This document shows positions 12,132 through 25,730 of a stretch of 64,000 nucleotides of DNA, piece by piece; positions within the stretch are counted from its first letter, which is position 1, and every line of letters starts with the position of its first letter. Both the position numbers and the translations under genes were made by a program. Source of the DNA: Laetmonice hystrix (taxonomy: Eukaryota); the NCBI GenBank assembly GCA_965235115.1, contig OZ249436.1, positions 43,712,001-43,776,000 on the forward strand, written 5' to 3'. Below the pieces are notes generated by a model. It did not search any database, had not been told where the DNA came from, and saw nothing but the letters and a program-made list of their open reading frames with translations.

Positions 12132-15100
12132 ATTCCGGTGTAGGTGAGAGGAGTTTGAAGTGTCCGAAGAAACTAGTTAATTACCTGTTTGTAGGAGAGG
12201 TGAGGTGGCCATATGTTATTTTTTTACACTCGTTTCTTACTATATTATATTGCAGGTAGTCATCATACTTTAAAACAATGTTCACTAGGCGGATTTGTGG
12301 AATCAGGTTATGGACCTGGTTATTGGACCTTTGGGGCCCGTTCTTTAGCTGAAAGCATGTACATGTTGTACGTCACCAGTCAGTGGTCACAACTCTGCAG
12401 AAGTCCTGCCATGAATGGCAATAACATGATGGTGTAGATTGGAGTAGGGGATTGCAGGGTACAGAATGGAGAATATACAATAGGGGCCTACATGGTAGAG
12501 CCAGTTAAGTGGGCTAGACTCACAGTCACGCTTGGCGGCCCAGTGCAGTGATTGTGTGCCACAAATAGCAGTTCAATCTGTTTTTTTCTAGGCCTAAAAT
12601 AAGTATGTCATTAACCGGAAGTCGTCAAGCATCCCTGTGTCCGGAAAGTACGTAGGCCTACAGATGGCGCCACGTGTAATGGTTTTTGACACCCTGTGAT
12701 GACCGTCAAAATTTACTCCCTGTAATGGTCCTTGAAATTGACAATACAAAAGATATGATAGATCTATGAGCAAAATGTAACCCGCCTAAAGGATGAGCAA
12801 ACTGTGCGCCATTTGAACACCAAAATTCACAGGTCATTCCAGTTGCTGTTTTTGTTTTATCATAAACTCTTTGGGGACAGTTCTTTTGATAGGCCTACTC
12901 TGTAACCTACCTTGCATGAACTGAGCTCAAACATTTACTGACTTGCATATATCTTTACCGTGAAGCGTGATGTCGTGAAGTGAGGGTCACAAGCATTAAG
13001 TATATGTGATACTAGACCCTGCCTCAGGGCAAGGTGAGCTACAAGATGATCTCTGACTTTATCAACTGCAGCTGATGTGTTGTTTAGAGATTGCAATTCA
13101 CTAAGGTAGTGACCTACTTAACATTTAGTCAACCACCTGATTTGTACATTACACCTGCGGGTATCTGGCAGGATAGGATACTCAATCTGAATAATCTACT
13201 TGTGTAGACACTTTCTTTAACAATCGAACTTAGGCAACCTGAACATAATATACCACAGTACAAGTACAGATTTCTTCTGTATGCTTGGATTACATGTGTA
13301 GGCCTATGGTGACCTAAATTTTAAAGCTAAATTGTTGAGATCAACTACCATACCACTGGTTAGTGTTGTTAGATCACCGTCCTGGATTTCCCTCACGATC
13401 ACACAAGAGAAACACCTTCCTGGGGGGAACCTATACCGTCTCTACGATTTTTCTGCGGGAATTTATCGGAATTCAAACAAGGTTTATCCACATATAATTC
13501 CATCGCATTCCTCAAATATTAGTAACCTCTATACGTGTAGATAGAAACTTTAGGTATGTTCCATATGTATTGAGGTGATGCTATTTTGACGACATATCAT
13601 TTACTTGGCACCATTTTTATATCCGAATGTTTGGATGTCAAGGAACGTTTACATAATCCGAACCTGTCACGGCCTGAAAGCAAGTACAATAACCTTTTTG
13701 TAATAAACTCATGTGTGATAAGCTTGTTTTCTGATAAAGTGACAATAAATAATGCAAAGCCAAATCAAGTCAATGACCTTTCTACTTGTTTGCCTTCACA
13801 CAATGCAAAGCGTTCCCAAAAAGGCATATGCTCAGAGCAAATATACGTATATGGAACGTTAAGTGGAGAAGGTATCGTGGAACATACTGTGACCCTGGAA
13901 CACCTGGGTTGTTCCTTTGAGGTTTGTCATGACGTCGCGTGTTCTAAACTTGTGGGTTCCATGAGACTTGGGTCGTCAATGGTGAGTGGAATTTGGGTAC
14001 TGAAGTGTGGTTTTGTGTAGATGGGGGGGGGGGGGGGGGGGGTCCATGCTGGCGTATACACACTAGACTCTATACTTTGGCAAACATTATAGTGGAATAT
14101 AATCTTTCATAAATCAACACTTTATTCAACACCAGTGAAATATTACACCTTAGATTATGACAGATGGAACCTTTTCTTATCACTTCTTCTGTTACGGAAA
14201 TGATTAAAACACTCACACCTAAAGTCTAAATATATTTTCAACTATATATTCACCTAAAACGATTCCTGAAACTATTGTCTCCAGACAGAAAGATTTGATA
14301 GGAAAGACGATTGACCTTAAGGCATTATAAACCTTTACTTCGGCGAAATCAAGAATATAACCATAAATAGACTAATTACGTTATTTTTAATGTGAGGATT
14401 TTAAGTAGTATTTAGCAGTTTTGACCTTATGTAGGACCTATCATTAGATCTGATATAGATCATGTTTTGAGGGTTGACATACAAACAGATAAGACGTCTC
14501 TCGATGGAAGGTTACGTCAATATTCTGGCTAATGAAATTACACAATCTTTTCTTAGCAAGTCGATCGTAAATACCTAAAACCTAAGACCATTTATCATTC
14601 AAAATACTAGCCTTGACGCGAAAGGTGTGAAGACATTTTAGTGTCAGGGTTCTCCCGAGGGTCAAACGTGAGCCGCCGGTCCGTCGTTAACAATGGACCG
14701 AGGAATGCACGGCATGTCACAGGGACCGGCGTATTGTCGTACTGTGAGAGGTGATCTTCCACACCACTGCACTGCACTGTTATATACTCGTGTCAGTCCT
14801 GTCAAACTGGTGTTCCTCTATATCTGACTGCAGGCCGCGTTGTGTCAGAATAATTGTAATGAGAGTCTAAGGACATCTTAAAGCAGTTATTTGTCCTCAA
14901 GGCGGGACACGTGAGGTGTCCCTGGTTTATTCCTGGGGTCTTTTAATTGAAGACACCAAACGGGAAGTAGGTCTACCAGTTGTAATTGTAGGGCAGGTGA
15001 AAACAGCGTTTTGAAAATAGTACATTATGGAGATTGCTGTAGCCTAGTTATTAACATTCTCTGTAAAGGGTACCAGAAGGGATGGCTGCACCGTGATGTT

Positions 15101-15395
15101 ACCCCGGATCTTGAATACGGATAAACTATAGTTTTATCTTCTTTAAATAAAGTCGATGAAATCATTGCTTCAGCTTTGATAAATAGGGGTGGCCCTGTCG
15201 ATTAATTTCGTTTCCAATGTAAAAGAAGAAAAACAGCGTAGTCGTCGTCAAAATGTTATATTGCCAGTTTCATACATGAGATATAGCATTGGGGATTAAT
15301 AGGGTCGAAACCTGGGGGGGGGGACTAGTATTTATTTGAGGGAGAGCTTAGCAGCAGGTGCCCGGGGCGAAAATTTGAATGGTCATTGTTTCAAC

Positions 15396-16485
15396 GGCAT
15401 CAGACACACCATAAATTACGCCACACAATGCAACATAATAATAGTAAACAACAAACAAACATGGCTATATAAAACTTGTGGTACCGGCATCAGGCACACC
15501 ATCACCTAGAGCCATGTTACGTCACACAATACAACATAATATAGTATACAACAAACAAACATGGCTATATAAAACTTGTGGTACCGGCATCAGGCACACC
15601 ATCACCTAGAGCCATGTTACGTCACACAATGCAACATAATATAGTATACAACAAACAAACATGGCTATATAAAACTTGTGGTACCGGCATCAGGCACACC
15701 ATCACCTAGAGCCATGTTACGCCACACAATGCAACATAATATAGTATACAACAAACAAACATGGCTATATAAAACTTGTGGTACCGGCATCAGACACACC
15801 ATCACCTAGAGCCAAATTACACCACACAATACAACATAATATAGTATACAACAAACAAACATGGCTATATAAAACTTGTGGTACCGGCATCAGGCACACC
15901 ATCACCTAGAGCCATGTTACGCCACACAATGCAACAAAATATAGTATACAACAAACAAACATGGCTATATAAAACTTGTGGTACCGGCATCAGGCACACC
16001 ATCACCTAGAGCCATGTTACACCACACAATACAACATAATATAGTATACAACAAACAAACATGGCTATATAAAACTTGTGTTACCGGCATCAGGCACACC
16101 ATCACCTAGAGCCAAATTACACCACACAATACAACATAATATAGTATACAACAAACAAACATGGCTATATAAAACTTGTGTTACCGGCATCAGGCACACC
16201 ATAACTTAGAGCCATGTTACACCACACAATACAACATAATATAGTATACAACAAACAAACATGGCTATATAAAACTTGTGGTACCGGCATCAGGCGCACC
16301 ATCACCTAGAGCCATGTTACACCACACAATGCAACATAATATAGTATACAACAAACAAACATGGCTATATAAAACTTGTGGTACCGGCATCAGGCACACC
16401 ATCACCTAGAGCCATGTTACACCACACAATACAACATAATATAGTATACAACAAACAAACATGGCTATATAAAACTTGTGGTACC
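15396..16485. repeat. 100-bp tandem repeat, about 11 copies
   Basis: gtaccggcat recurs at 15481, 15581, 15681 and onward. Confidence 0.97.
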
Positions 16486-16528
16486 ATTTAATACAGAACG
16501 GAACAGAACAGAACAGGTCTGCTAAAGG

Positions 16529-16718
16529 CATGGGCGTCGCTGGGATTTTTTCCAGGGGGGGGGGGCACACACTAGGATTTTTTTTCAGGGGGGGGGCACA
16601 CAACCTGATATGGAGGGTAACTTTAACTTCAACTTTAATACACGTTAATACATTATATTTTTTTCTCATATTTTCCAGGGGGCATGTGACCCCCTTGCCC
16701 CCCCTCGCGACGCCTATG
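16529..16718. mobile_element. hAT-like MITE with 8-bp TSD
   Basis: TIRs catgggcgtcgc / gcgacgcctatg; flanks gctaaagg / ggtaaagg. Confidence 0.85.
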
Positions 16719-18174
16719 GGTAAAGGGTTTCCTCACTGATGTCAGAGCTATCCCGTATGTAGTTGATGTGGGGTGGGGGTGGGAGTGGGGGTAACGTGGG
16801 GTGGGGGGTGGAGGAAGCCCTGGTGACTATTGACACGTTCATGTATGAGACAAGAATATTGATATGCATTCACTGTTCAAGGTCCTACACGTACGTCAGG
16901 CCGGATAAGCCGGTCTCCTCAGGAATTCAAGATCCCCGTTTTTTTACTCAGAAATAAACATCGGGTGGTTGTATTTCTCCTTTCTTAAGTAGCAAACAGG
17001 CCTGCTGAAAGATATTAAAAAACCCAAACAAACACACGTGAATAACACAGCAAACAGTGCATCAAATACAAGGTCAAATACGGATCAGAAGGGGAGAGCA
17101 CATTTTCATGCACAGTAGAACTGTGTTACTTCCCAAGATATAGTGATCAGACATAATTTATCGTTGAACCTACCCCCAGGTAGAATTAATATTACACAAT
17201 TATACGTATTATTCATGTAGGATTAATTTAACGGTTTTTTAAAACGTTTACTAAACCGTTTTCTGTTAAGTGTTGTCCACAAAATGAGTTCATCTGCCAA
17301 AACTCCTTCACGCTTTGCCTCGGAAATTGGTGCCTCAGAAATTGGTGCCTCAGAAATTGGTGGCGTTTAATAAGAAAAGTTTGGTTTATCTGTGATAATT
17401 TCCAAACTCCATAAAATTGATGACTGCGGTGAATAAATGTTTCAAAGTGCGTCCAGTCTATATTTCAGAGAAGAGAATTAGGTCAGCAATGGTGTAAATA
17501 TTTTCCATGTGAATTGTGAATAAGTTTACTCTGGTCTGACGTAATGTTAACACAGCTGGCATAGTGTAACTGGCGGGGGTATTGCCCATTAACAAACCCC
17601 ATTACCAACCCCAAACCTCCCTCCCACGGTCACACCTCGGACATCCTATTGTTGACCCATGAGGGAATTTAGCAAGGGTAAATAAACGTTCATCCTGCGT
17701 CTCGTATGTCGAGTCTATCTTTTGTAATCTTCGATTCCGATGTGCCAGGTGCTGGAGGATGGGAAGTTTGGACAAACCTGGTGGGTGTTCCTAAAACTAA
17801 GTGCAAGGGATGGCGACAACAGCTTGGTGCTGTTTACAAAAATACAAAGTCGCCTAATGAAATATTGTGTTGGTCTTTTCATGGAATATAAATTTACCAG
17901 GTAATCGTATTTATAAATGGATGCCGCCCTTCTGACATTATCTGTCATTGGCATAAACACACCATGGTATGGAACGGCAGCAAGAGTACAAGATACGTAT
18001 CATGTACATGTGTATGTATCAGTTCTTCATGACATATACACCTGCTGCCACGTGATGTACCATAATGATGGTTAATCGAAATGCTGGAACAGAGCAGAAA
18101 TATTTCAGGTTGTATGTTTTCTTATATTGCACCCACATGGGGTGGTGGGAAGTTTTACGTCTAAGAATACAACA

Positions 18175-18550
18175 GTTACAGTATCAATAGACTGGTACAA
18201 AATATGACGCTAATACAAACATCATGTTACAGTATCAGTAGAGGGTAACAGGTACAAAATATGACGCTAATACAAACATCATGTTACAGTATCAGTAGAG
18301 GGTAACAGGTACGAAATATGACGCTAATACAAACATCATGTTACAGTATCAGTAGAGGGTAACAGGTATGAAATATGACGCTAATACAAACATCATGTTA
18401 CAGTATCAGTAGAGGGTAACAGGTACAAAATATGACGCTAATACAAACATCATGTTACAGTATCAGTAGAGGGTAACAGGTACAAAATATGACGCTAATA
18501 CAAACATCATGTTACAGTATCAATAGACTGGTACAAAATATGACGCTAAT
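18175..18550. repeat. 57-bp tandem repeat, about 6.5 copies
   Basis: Unit ggtacaaaatatgacgctaatacaaacatcatgttacagtatcagtagagggtaaca. Confidence 0.95.
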
Positions 18551-20466
18551 ATCATTGTCGTTGTCATAATATCGTTATCGTTGTCATATAAAATCTATGT
18601 TAACGGGGGGGGGGGGGGGGTCATTCAGTACAGAATCAATCTAAAACCTCAGAGGAAAGGAAACGTAGGAATGACAGTAAACTAAAGGGTGGCATCATTG
18701 AACTAGATGTCGCAGGTCAACCTAAGTACGGTAGACGTTTTGGTAGTTGGCCTGAGACGGTTTTCTTTCCAACTTTCTACACATAAAGGCCAACACGTGG
18801 CGTAACAGACTGGTAGCATGAGAACATGTTTTACCTTTCATGTTTCCTGTAGACCAAGGTTAACACAAGCTAATCCTATCTAATTATTGCACGTTGACTT
18901 GTGTCATGTCACCCAGACGGCCATGAGTTACTACTACAGTATGTCCAGCAGAAAAATGCAACCCATTTTCAAAATTTAAAGTGTTATAACAATTTATTAT
19001 GACAGGTTTAACAACTGAAATGCGATGTAATTAATAATCAACCCATTCTGTTCGCGCACCACTGAACACAGCTAAATTGGCTACTTAGTTATCATACCTT
19101 CAAAGTATTTTGCAAATGGGTTGCATGTTTTGCTGGACATACTAAGTATCAGCAGTCGGAGTCGGGGGGGGGGGGGGGGGGGCTGGAGGGGCAGACGGGG
19201 GGGGGGGGGGGGCTGGAGGCGGGTGGGGGGCGAGGCTGAGCCCTGGCCGTCCGTCAGGTACTATACCTGTGAGGAGATCAATAGAAGGCAATCAACTGGT
19301 CAGGTGAAGATCAATATCAGTGACAGCAGTATGTACATTTGTTACCCACTCCATCCATGCCCAGGCCTGGGTAAGGCAGAGGAGGAGTCAGGCCGGCTCG
19401 CTGATTCATAGATTGTGGACATTTTGTTTAGTCGCGTCATCCGTGCCAGCCATGAAGTCCATCGCGTGTACACACTCAACATATTCGCCCTCCAGGTAGA
19501 AGATGAAATATTGACTTTTGGGTCGATTGCCAATTTACTTTCAAGTCTATCAAAAAAGTTTAGTGGATATGTTGTAAAATTATCCTGAACCACAAGGTAT
19601 TTTTTTACCCAAAAATTCAGGGGTGTCGGAAGCTACCGGGTATTGGTAGTTTGGGAGGGGGGAGCCTGAAGCCAGGAGCTGTCTATCTTAAGTCAGCCTG
19701 TGCCTTGACAGGAGCAGATCTAGGTAAATGGGGGATGCCCCCTGGCCCCTGGCCCCCTGGTACAACACCCTGCACACAAAGGGTCCAAGTCCGGGGCCTT
19801 GTAGGCATACGTATTTTAAACATGTTGAACAGTTTCTTTGATGAAGAAAAAGTGTTGGAACATTAAGAGAAACAGTCATCACTGCGTGCTGCCCTGGGCA
19901 TTATGTTTTAAATATCTTTGAATACAATATTACATGACTGATGAAAATCGTATGTAAATTCTTCTTCTTCTAACAATATACCTACCCGTACATTTACAAT
20001 ATCCTTTATTAGTAGTTACAGTACATAAGTAGATAGCACCTGGGGAATAGGGGAAGCAAGCTTTTGCCATACTGATAATATTATCATACATTCATAATCA
20101 GATAAATATATACATTTATGATCACACAGAAGTTAATCAGACACATTTAATGCAAAATTCAGACGTCAGGCCTAAGGCGATGTAGATATACGATGTATCA
20201 TCAAAGTTCATTAATTAGGTTAATTGGCAATGAGCCAACTGTTGTTGTTTGTTGATGATTCGTATATAGTTCTCAGAATCAATGGATAAAATCATCAAGA
20301 ATTTTTTTCACTGGTTACCTTCCCGACCTTCATACTACAGTCAGGGAGGATACGTTTTGGTCATATATGAGACGTCAAGAGGGGGTCGTGTAGTTGTTAC
20401 TTAAAACACCAGGTGGCGTTTCAGTAGTCAGAACGCCATCTATTGTTAAAATAGCCACCAGTCAGA

Positions 20467-20551
20467 TAATTCCCCCTTCTGCCGCTCGATGGCTCTGATG
20501 GTCGCTTGCTACCATCAGAGCCATCGAGCGGCAGAAGGGGGAACCAGACTA
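20467..20551. mobile_element. Palindromic mini-element, Academ-like
   Basis: Perfect 33-bp inverted repeat (20470-20502 / 20511-20543); right end ccagacta; flanking direct repeat ccagtcaga / ccagtcagc. Confidence 0.6.
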
Positions 20552-21175
20552 CCAGTCAGCCTGACTCTTAAAGTGCAACTGACATCACATAGGTAACTTT
20601 ACTGATCTAGATAGATCACTTTGAGTTGTAGCCGTATCCCTGACAGGTTTTCTGAGAAGTCCTCTCAATTTAGAAAAATATTGAAAATTTGAATCTCGCG
20701 CCTCATCACAGTCTCACTCCTGCCTATTCTTTACCATTGCCCCTGATGACGTCACTAGGGGAATTGGTCTTTAAAACGGCTTACATACAGTTCATATTCT
20801 TGTACAATAACCGCTCCTTTAAGTTAAACAACAACAAATTACATGTATCATCAGGATCTGGCATTAAATTTCATGTAAATTTTGATGTCTGTTGGACTTT
20901 AATCATTGCCGAAGTGGGAAGGTAGGCAGGGGCAGATCCAGGATTTTGGTAAGCCAGGGGTTTAAGAAAAATTGACTGCCTAAATGGTAGCGGAATTGGT
21001 AAGATTAAGAGGTGTGTGTGTGTGTGTGTGGGGGGGATTGAAGCCGGATAATGATTCACATTTGCAGTGCCAAGACCATATCTATGCAGTTGTCCTGCCG
21101 CTTGGTTTGCTGCCGCAATTTAAAAGTGGATCTGATTAATGTTAGGCCTAAATTTCTGTACATCTGTTTCCACAG

Positions 21176-22400
21176 AGCGCTATTGACGGAGGCCGTCCAG
21201 ATGGGGTACGTCAGTCTTGCGGCCATTCGACATCGTCGGTCATCTTCAGCCCCACCAACACCCCAATCAATGCTCGCAGCGCCACCTCTCGAGCCCCGCA
21301 CGCAGTCTTCACCACCGCCTTCCTCTCCTGCATCGAAGAAGAGACGATCCCCGTCGCCAGGGCAACCGCTTCCGTTACCAGAGCAACCGCTTCCGTTACC
21401 AGAGCAACCGCTTCCGTCACCAGAGCAACCGCGACTGTTGTCAGAGCAACAACCCCCGTTGCCAGAGCAATTATTGCCGTTGCCATGTCGGAAGTTCAGC
21501 ATAGACAGTGACACGGGCTCTATCAACTCTCTCAGACAGGTTATGACGCGCAAACGGAAGAGCGTCAAGCCTCGTTTTGACAGTGACTCTGACTCGCTCC
21601 AAGAGTCGGTTCAGTCCCTACTAGCTGTCCTTGCCAACGACCGCCGGACGATGGGTCGGCAGCAGAGTATTGATAGTGACCTCGACTCCTTCAGTGGGTC
21701 ATCTCTCAATAGATACAGTTCCCAGCAAAGTCTGGACAGTGATACCGACTCGTACGCCTCAATAAAGTTCACTGCCATGGGCGTGGAAATGGATTCTGAA
21801 GAAAATGGCGATGCTTTTATTGACCAACAGTTGGAGTTTCTGTCGGAAGGTCAGAACATTGAGGACCCTTTCGATGATTTGGATGTTAATATGGAAATGT
21901 TTGAAGCCAGAGATGACAAAGCTGAAAGTCTTTCTGGAGTTATAGTAAATGAAACGAATGATGTTTCTCCCGCGTCCACCAATGGACAAGCGCATCATGA
22001 ATTATATCAAAGTCATACAGACACACGAACTAGTCCTTCTCCGTCTCAGCTACTGCCATCTGGTGGAGATATAATAAACTATACTGACTCGCCCAGAGAT
22101 GCTTCACAAGTGCAAACAAATAGCCCCACATCTGACGTCACTGGAGTAGCTAATTTACAGCTGCCCCCTGGCGGAGAAACCACAAACTACACTGATGGCA
22201 CACCTGCAGGTGAGCGTGAAGTGGAAACTGTTGTTGATTTATCTGACATTCACGAGACGTCAAATTCACACTCGACATTGCTGGATAAAAACGTTCCTGA
22301 TTCGACGAGATCTCTAGAAGAGTTGAAAGTGGGGACTTCAGACTGGGGTCCGGAGACATCGGTGGACGAGGAGGAAGTCTATAACGACAAAGACCCGGAT
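21176..22400 (+). CDS. PDZD2: PDZD2/pro-IL-16-like gene, large disordered Ser/Pro/acidic exon (first securely placed exon)
   Basis: Acceptor tgtttccacag|A (phase 2) and donor GAT|gtaagt (phase 0) bound a stop-free 1225-nt stretch of ORF 21051-22439 (ALLTEAVQMG...DKDPD). The end phase matches the exon at 36706. Linkage to the PDZ exons is inferred from strand and phase. Confidence 0.8.
21361..21484 (+). repeat. Coding 21-bp repeat (PEQPLPL-like), about 6 copies
   Basis: gagcaaccgcttccgttacca units inside the 21176 exon. Confidence 0.9.
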
Positions 22401-24279
22401 GTAAGTATACAAAAGTGTTTCCCGTCTCAATCCAGTTAAACTTCAATAAGTAAAAAATCCTGCCTTGAATAAGATATTTGAACAATATGGGGACATAAAC
22501 TACAGGTAGGTAATACGCTGGAAAAATAGATAAAACTATTCCAAACTATTTCTGCTAAAATAAACTAATTCTGCTAAAATAGAAGATTGGTATATTGATT
22601 CATATTTTGGCGCATGACTCATATCATTTCAGTTAATAGTTGATGAATTATTTAAATCAGAAACCAATGAAGGGGTGTCGGTTCCCCCCCCCTCCAATAA
22701 CTAAATCTGCCCTGTCAAGGCATAGGCTTGGCCGCCACAACTATCAATAGCTTCCGACACCCCAGTAAGTGTAACGGGGTTACTTATTATTGGGATATAT
22801 ATATATATCCAAAATATGAAAATTCCATGAAAAGGGGGTAAACCAACACGTTACTCGAATTGGGGAGAATCTAATTTGAAAATATATGCCAGGATGGCGT
22901 GGGATGCCGCTGTGATGGTGTTGTGGCCAGTCTGTGTACACATACTGTACGTCAATACCATACTGGAGTAGGAGTTGGTATGCAGCCCCCCCTGGTGTCT
23001 GGTGTAGAGACTACATATGGTGAATGTGACCCGACTCTCATAAGCCACCTGTGTTGTCATGGCGACTGTTTCTCGGGCTGTGTGGTATTTCTGACCACCA
23101 ACACCCGGCCTGCTCTGGGACTGGTCCGGGCACTGACCACTGTCCAGTGGGTGGTCAGTCGGATACCGAGGTGTGACGGCTGTCGTTGGTCAGTAACCTA
23201 CCGTGTTACCTGCCCATCACAGAGACCTCACCTGGGTGTGTGACGGGCAGGTGGTGTTTAAACAATTGGTACTTATTATTGGTGGACAAGTCCACACAGG
23301 GATCAACCCAGCGTCCGGTGGTATGAGGCTTGTCAAAAAGGTAGGACGCATCTACTGAGGCGGGGGGGGGGGGGGTAACAAATTAAAATGCTGAAACACG
23401 TGTTCCGAATGTTTGAGTTTGCTACTGGTACATGGAAGTATTCAAGAAAATAATCTTATAATTTAATTATCACAATTAGTTTTGAGGCTGCAATATTTAT
23501 TATGATGTAATGTTGTCTTGAATATAATTTGTTGGCACCCAGGAAAATCGGCATTTGATCAAAAGTAGATGATCTCTTGCCGTGAGTGTTGACATTTTGT
23601 GGGCCGTCTGGCCCGGAAACTGGATAGTTTATACTTTGAGTGTGGATGTAGAGCAGACATATTGTCCTAGGTACACGTGTTTCAAACTATGCGGATCATG
23701 TCTGACTGGAGGCAAATACAGCTGGCCAGTCTGGATCCTATACTGATTCAGTGTTGGCCTGTTTTGGTCGCCTGGTTTCTCCAGTAACTGTTGTCAGATC
23801 CTATGTTGTCAGATTTCATGTCTGATGGACTGTTTTGAAGAGCACCCAAAGCGGACGTGATGGTTATTTTTATCGGCATCTGTAGGAATAAAAAGAAAAT
23901 GTTTATTTCAGGTTCATTTAGCGGAAGAATTTATTTAATCTAGAAATCCGTAATCAAACAATCATGCATGACATTTTAAAACTGAATATTGTAGAATTAT
24001 TATTTATTGTATTATGCTACACAAGGTTCCTGGAGGATTTCAGCTTTACTATAGGGGGAGTTGCCCACAACTAAGTTCCCTCTTTCAGAAGCCCTGGATT
24101 AATTAATCAATTAACCATTAAAAGATGAAAATGCTAATCACATCAATTTGAAGTTCTGTGAAGTTTTGTGATGTATAAGTTAGCTCAACATTCTAAACAG
24201 CTCAGCATGTTTGCATGTCAAACGACAATAATCATTGTGATGACGTAAAAGCTGCGGGACACATACACAGCAGGTCAGA

Positions 24280-24352
24280 CTGAGTGGCCACATGTATAGC
24301 TATACTGAGTGGCCACATGTATAGCTATACTGAGTGGCCACATGTATAGCTA
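24280..24352. repeat. 25-bp tandem repeat, 3 copies
   Basis: ctgagtggccacatgtatagctata. Confidence 0.9.
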
Positions 24353-24926
24353 TTTATTTGTATATCATGGGTATTTTTTTAATTGATTCAAGGCATGGTA
24401 TACCTAGAGAGTATTGGGACTTTTTCGCATTTTATCTCTAGTATTCTTAACTTGTTATGGAAAGAGACCTTAGTTCTAACTTTGATTGACCTACCAAAGC
24501 AGTGACGTTGAAGAAAGTATAATCTCATCATTGTTGGGGCACCAGGCGAAGCCGACGTATTCTTGATCTTCGTAAGAGACAACTAACTTTCAACTTTCTG
24601 CCTCAGGGGCGATGTTTACAGTAGAAACCTAGTATTGATCTATACCCCGCTCATATCATCTTATCTCTGCCATACAGGGGTGAGAAAATACAATGTTTAG
24701 CCCAAGCCAGGTGCGTTTCTCATCAATGTCGTTAGCCTGTCGTATCGTTAACTCCAATGTATTTTCAATGGAGATTTTAACGCACGCCAGGATAACGATA
24801 GATGAGAAACGCGCCCAGATGTGTAATAGACTCGTTAAAGCTGTGCCAATGAAAGAATCCTTCAAAACACGAACGCTGGAAATATCCGGATGTTGATCCA
24901 TAGAACACGTCACGTACTTCCGGTAG

Positions 24927-25239
24927 CAGGGTTCTAGCTAGAAAGAAATGTCAGCATGGGGGTAACAGCCTAAAATGGCCTAGAAATATGACACGCGTCA
25001 TAGCGCCGGGTGGGAGAGGGTGTTGAGTGGTTGCCCCTCCCCCGGTGGGGGTATTGGGGGCCTCCTCCAGAATTCTTTTTGAAAAACGGATGTAATTTGG
25101 TGCCATCTGAGCGAAAAACACACTTCCATTCTAAGTTCAGGGTGATGGAACGCAGGAATCCTTCTCAGCTTTATAGCTTATCAGTGATCTTCTCCGGCAT
25201 ATCGGGTCGATGTGCCAAAAAAACCTAGCTAGAACCCAG
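24927..25239. mobile_element. hAT-like non-autonomous element with 5-bp TSD
   Basis: TIRs cagggttctagctag / ctagctagaacccag; exact TSD ggtag. Confidence 0.85.
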
Positions 25240-25481
25240 GGTAGGTCACCCCTACGTATACAATATTGGCGCTGACCTAAACTTTATTTGTCATTTTATA
25301 CCATTATTGTCTCCCGTTCCACTATCATGTCGCTGTTGTATAAAGCCTCAGTCTCGATAGCAGTTCTAGGCTAGTTGGCCTATAGTTCTTCCTTTCCCCG
25401 ATAGGTGTCACCACTAGTCTCCAGCGCTGAACGCTGTACACTGATGTTCATCAACGAACGCTTTATCGCAATACGTAAATG

Positions 25482-25730
25482 TAGTGGCGTCGAGAGTCAG
25501 GGCGGGCCCCGGGGCAGCACAATTCGTGGACCCCCTACCGGTCTATACCTTCCCCTGCCTGTCAGTGTCATAATGAAATAATGCCGAGCGTAGCAAGTCA
25601 AAAAAAAATTTTAGGTCCCCCCTTATCAAAATCCTGGATCCCCCACTCACTTGACTTGGCCCTGGCCCCCACAACTGGCCCGGGCCCCAGGGCACTAGCC
25701 CCCCCCCCCCGCCCCCTCTCGACGCCACTG
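25482..25730. mobile_element. hAT-like MITE with 8-bp TSD, containing one end of the 1907-type element
   Basis: TIRs tagtggcgtcgagag / ctctcgacgccactg; flanks cgtaaatg / ggtaaatg; internal ccttatcaaaatcctggatcccccact at 25621-25647. Confidence 0.85.

Noticed and set aside
21051..21175. N-terminal part of the 462-aa ORF (MIHICSAK...) and its tail after 22400
   Set aside because: These lie outside the splice sites and are intronic read-through.
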